Shown: in pieces, positions 61,520-64,000 of the stretch
Layout of the letters: every line of letters begins with the position of its first letter
How positions within the stretch are numbered: the stretch's first letter is position 1
From: Isurus oxyrinchus
Lineage: Eukaryota
Reading direction: 5' to 3'
Assembly (NCBI GenBank): GCA_026770705.1
Contig: JANJGN010000071.1
Coordinates: forward strand, 124,001-188,000
DNA: 64,000 nucleotides
Translations under genes and position numbers: made by a program
The notes under the pieces: generated by a model
Databases searched by the model: none
Told to the model about the DNA's origin: nothing
Seen by the model: the letters and a program-made list of their open reading frames with translations, nothing else

Positions 61520-62435
61520 AGCTGCTGACACAAAGATAGGTTGGAAAGTAAATTGTGAAGAGGATGTAAGGTGGTTAGAAAGTGACATCGATAGGTTAAG
61601 TGAGTGGGCAAAGATCTGACAAATGGTGTATAATGTGGGCGCATGTGAAATTGTTCATTTTGTCAGAAAGAACAAGAAGGAAGATTATTATCTAAAAGGT
61701 GAGAGATTGCAGAGCTCTGAGATGCAGAGGGATCTGGGTGTCCTCGTGCATGAATCACAAAAGGCTGGTTTGCAGATACAGCAGGTCAATCGGAAAGCTA
61801 ATGGGATGTTATAATTTACTGTGGGGGAATTGAATAGAAAAGTAGGGAGGTTACGTTCAGTTGTACAGGGCACTGGTGAGACCACATCTGGAGTACTCTG
61901 TACAGTAAGGTCACCTTACTTAAAGAAAGATGTAAATGCATTAGAAGCAGTTCAGAGAAGGTTTACTAGACTAATACCAGGATTGGTCGGGTTGTCTTAT
62001 GAGGTCAGGTTGGACAGGTTAGGCTTGTATCCACTGGAGTTTAGAAGAGTAAGAGGCAACTTAATTAAAACCTTTAAGATCCAGGTGAGTCTTGACAGGG
62101 TGGATATGGAGAGGATGTTCCCTCTTGTGTGAGAATCTAGAACTAGGCGGTCATGGTTTAAAAATAAGGGGTCGCTCATTTAAGATAGAGATGAGGCGAA
62201 ATGTTTTCTCTCAGAGGGTAGTAAGTCTTTGGAACACTCTGCCTCAAAAGGCAGTGGAAACAGGGTCTTTGAATATTTTTAAGGCAGAGCTAGATAGATT
62301 CTTGATTAACAAGGGGGTGAAAGGTCATTGGGGGTAGACAGGAATGTGAGGTTGAGGTGACAATCAGATCAGCCATGATCTTACTGAATGGCGGAGCAGG
62401 TTCGAGGGGCTGAGTGACCTACTCCTGATCCTAAC
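61520..62435 (+). mobile_element. CR1 LINE 3' fragment
   Basis: QRDLGVLVHESQK, LEAVQRRFTRLIPG...LEFRRVRGNLI, FSQRVVSLWNTLP. Confidence 0.9.
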
Positions 62436-63789
62436 TCAGATATCCAGATGTTCTCAAAGGCAATTGGGGATGGGCAACAAATACTGGCCTAGCCAGTGAC
62501 ACCAACATCCCTGAAATGAATAAGAAAAAAATGTATCAATCAATTAAATTTATTGATTAATCGAATCGAAATTCCTCCAGCTGCTGTGGTGGGATTTGAA
62601 CCCGTGCCTTCAAAGCATTCACCTGGGCCTCTGGATCACTGGCCTAGTGCCATTCCCATTGTGCGACTGTCTGCTATCATCATGGCTCTTTCACATCGAT
62701 GTGGAAGTCCTGATAACAGAAGCATTGGACGAGGTACAGAAAGGTGACAAATCAGGAGCTCCATTGCTCAATATGAACGGATAATAAAGATAAATGAACA
62801 TAAACCTTCCAGTCGCTAATTAGGGAGTCACTGTGGAGCCCATGAGTCCCTCGCAGCGCTATTGCAACCGTCTGGATCCCCAGTAGGGGACTCGGGGTGC
62901 AGCTGTGTCTTCCTCATCATTTGGAAAAGCCGGAATTGTTCAGGTGCCCCTTCAAACAGGCCTACGAGTGCAGTGGGTGATGTCTCCCACAGGCCCTGGG
63001 AGACCTCCCCTGCCAATTTGTTTTGTAGCTTATTCTTCAACTGCGACATTGGATCAGCTTGAAAAAGGGTGGGGCTGAGGCAATACCACCAGGTAAGCGT
63101 CTATCCCCTCACACGTCACCCCCCCCCCCCCCACCCCCGTGACCATCACAGTCCCTCCCATCGTGCTGGAGGAGCATAATGTGCACATTCCCCTCCTTCC
63201 AATCAGTCTCCTCCCTTCCTCTCTAATCCTTGATCTTATTGTGTTCGGGGTTGACATCCCAGTCCTCCTCCCTAGACTGTCTGATGTTGACATCCCAATG
63301 CCCCATGTAGACCTGACCTCTCTCCAACTAGAGGCCCATTGTACTGTGACTTACAGAGACCACCGGCCCCCCTCGATTCTCACCCCCACCCCTACTCTCT
63401 ATATTACCTGCTCCCCACTGACAGGCTGCAGATGCCTCCCCTGACTGGGATTGTGCCACCTGCGGCCTAGTATCAAGCCCCCACCCCCAGGACCGACGTG
63501 TGTGAGGGACTGACCACGTCACTCATACCATGCTGGGCACGACCAACCCAGGACTGCCAGGCTCTCCCCACCACACTGGACTGGGACTAGAATAGGCGTG
63601 CCAAGCACAGCTCTCTAAATCGTGGCGCAGACCCACAGCACTCGCAATGTTTTGTGGCCCGAATCCTTGCTGAGGAACTGCCCAGCACTAAAATCAAAAC
63701 AACTGCAGATGCTGGAAATTCAAAACAGAAACAGAAACAGAAATACCTGGAAAAACTCAGCAGGTCTGGCAGCATCGGCGGAGAAGAAC

Positions 63790-64000
63790 TGAGGTAGTGC
63801 GGCACTGTCGGAGGTTCAGTACTGAGGGAGTGCTGCACTGTCGGAGGGTCTGAGCTGAGGGAGTGCTGCACTGTCGGAGGGTTTGAACTGAGGGAGTGCT
63901 GCACTGTCGGAGGGTTTGAACTGAGGGAGTGCTGCACTGTCGGAGGGTCTGAACTGAAGGAGTGCTGCACTGTCGGAGGGTCTGAACTGAGAGAGTGCTG
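63790..64000. repeat. 33-bp minisatellite running off the window end
   Basis: CTGAGGGAGTGCTGCACTGTCGGAGGGT units. Confidence 0.9.

Overview
Vertebrate genomic DNA, most likely from a cartilaginous fish. The taxon is inferred from the repeat content (33-bp and 36-bp minisatellites, CR1/L2/Penelope/Gypsy remnants). All genes are spliced, lie on the + strand, and are mostly missed by the ORF track. There are four loci. (A) The 3' end of a receptor gene with an Arg in its transmembrane helix and a very short tail, i.e. an activating-type receptor (1344-1483). (B) A complete Siglec (MAG/CD22-like) gene of about 755 aa at 4752-30642: leader, V-set domain with the essential Arg, five C2-set domains, neutral TM. 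It also carries a dead duplicate V-set exon, a tandemly duplicated C2 exon, a candidate recursive splice site and two duplicated alternative cytoplasmic cassettes (ITSM only versus ITIM+ITSM). (C) A Siglec pseudogene whose V-set exon is cut by a Gypsy element (46130-47265). (D) The main find: a three-exon hepcidin (HAMP)-type gene at 53090-57457. It encodes an 88-aa precursor with an RQKR furin site and an 8-Cys mature peptide, MDRQQLCRFCCNCCNWRGPNETCGLCCRY, and has a GGCGCC BMP-response element and TATA-like box upstream. HAMP beside Siglec genes mirrors the human USF2-HAMP-MAG-CD22 block. All exon models were read by eye from splice signals and reading frames; no database or expression data were used.
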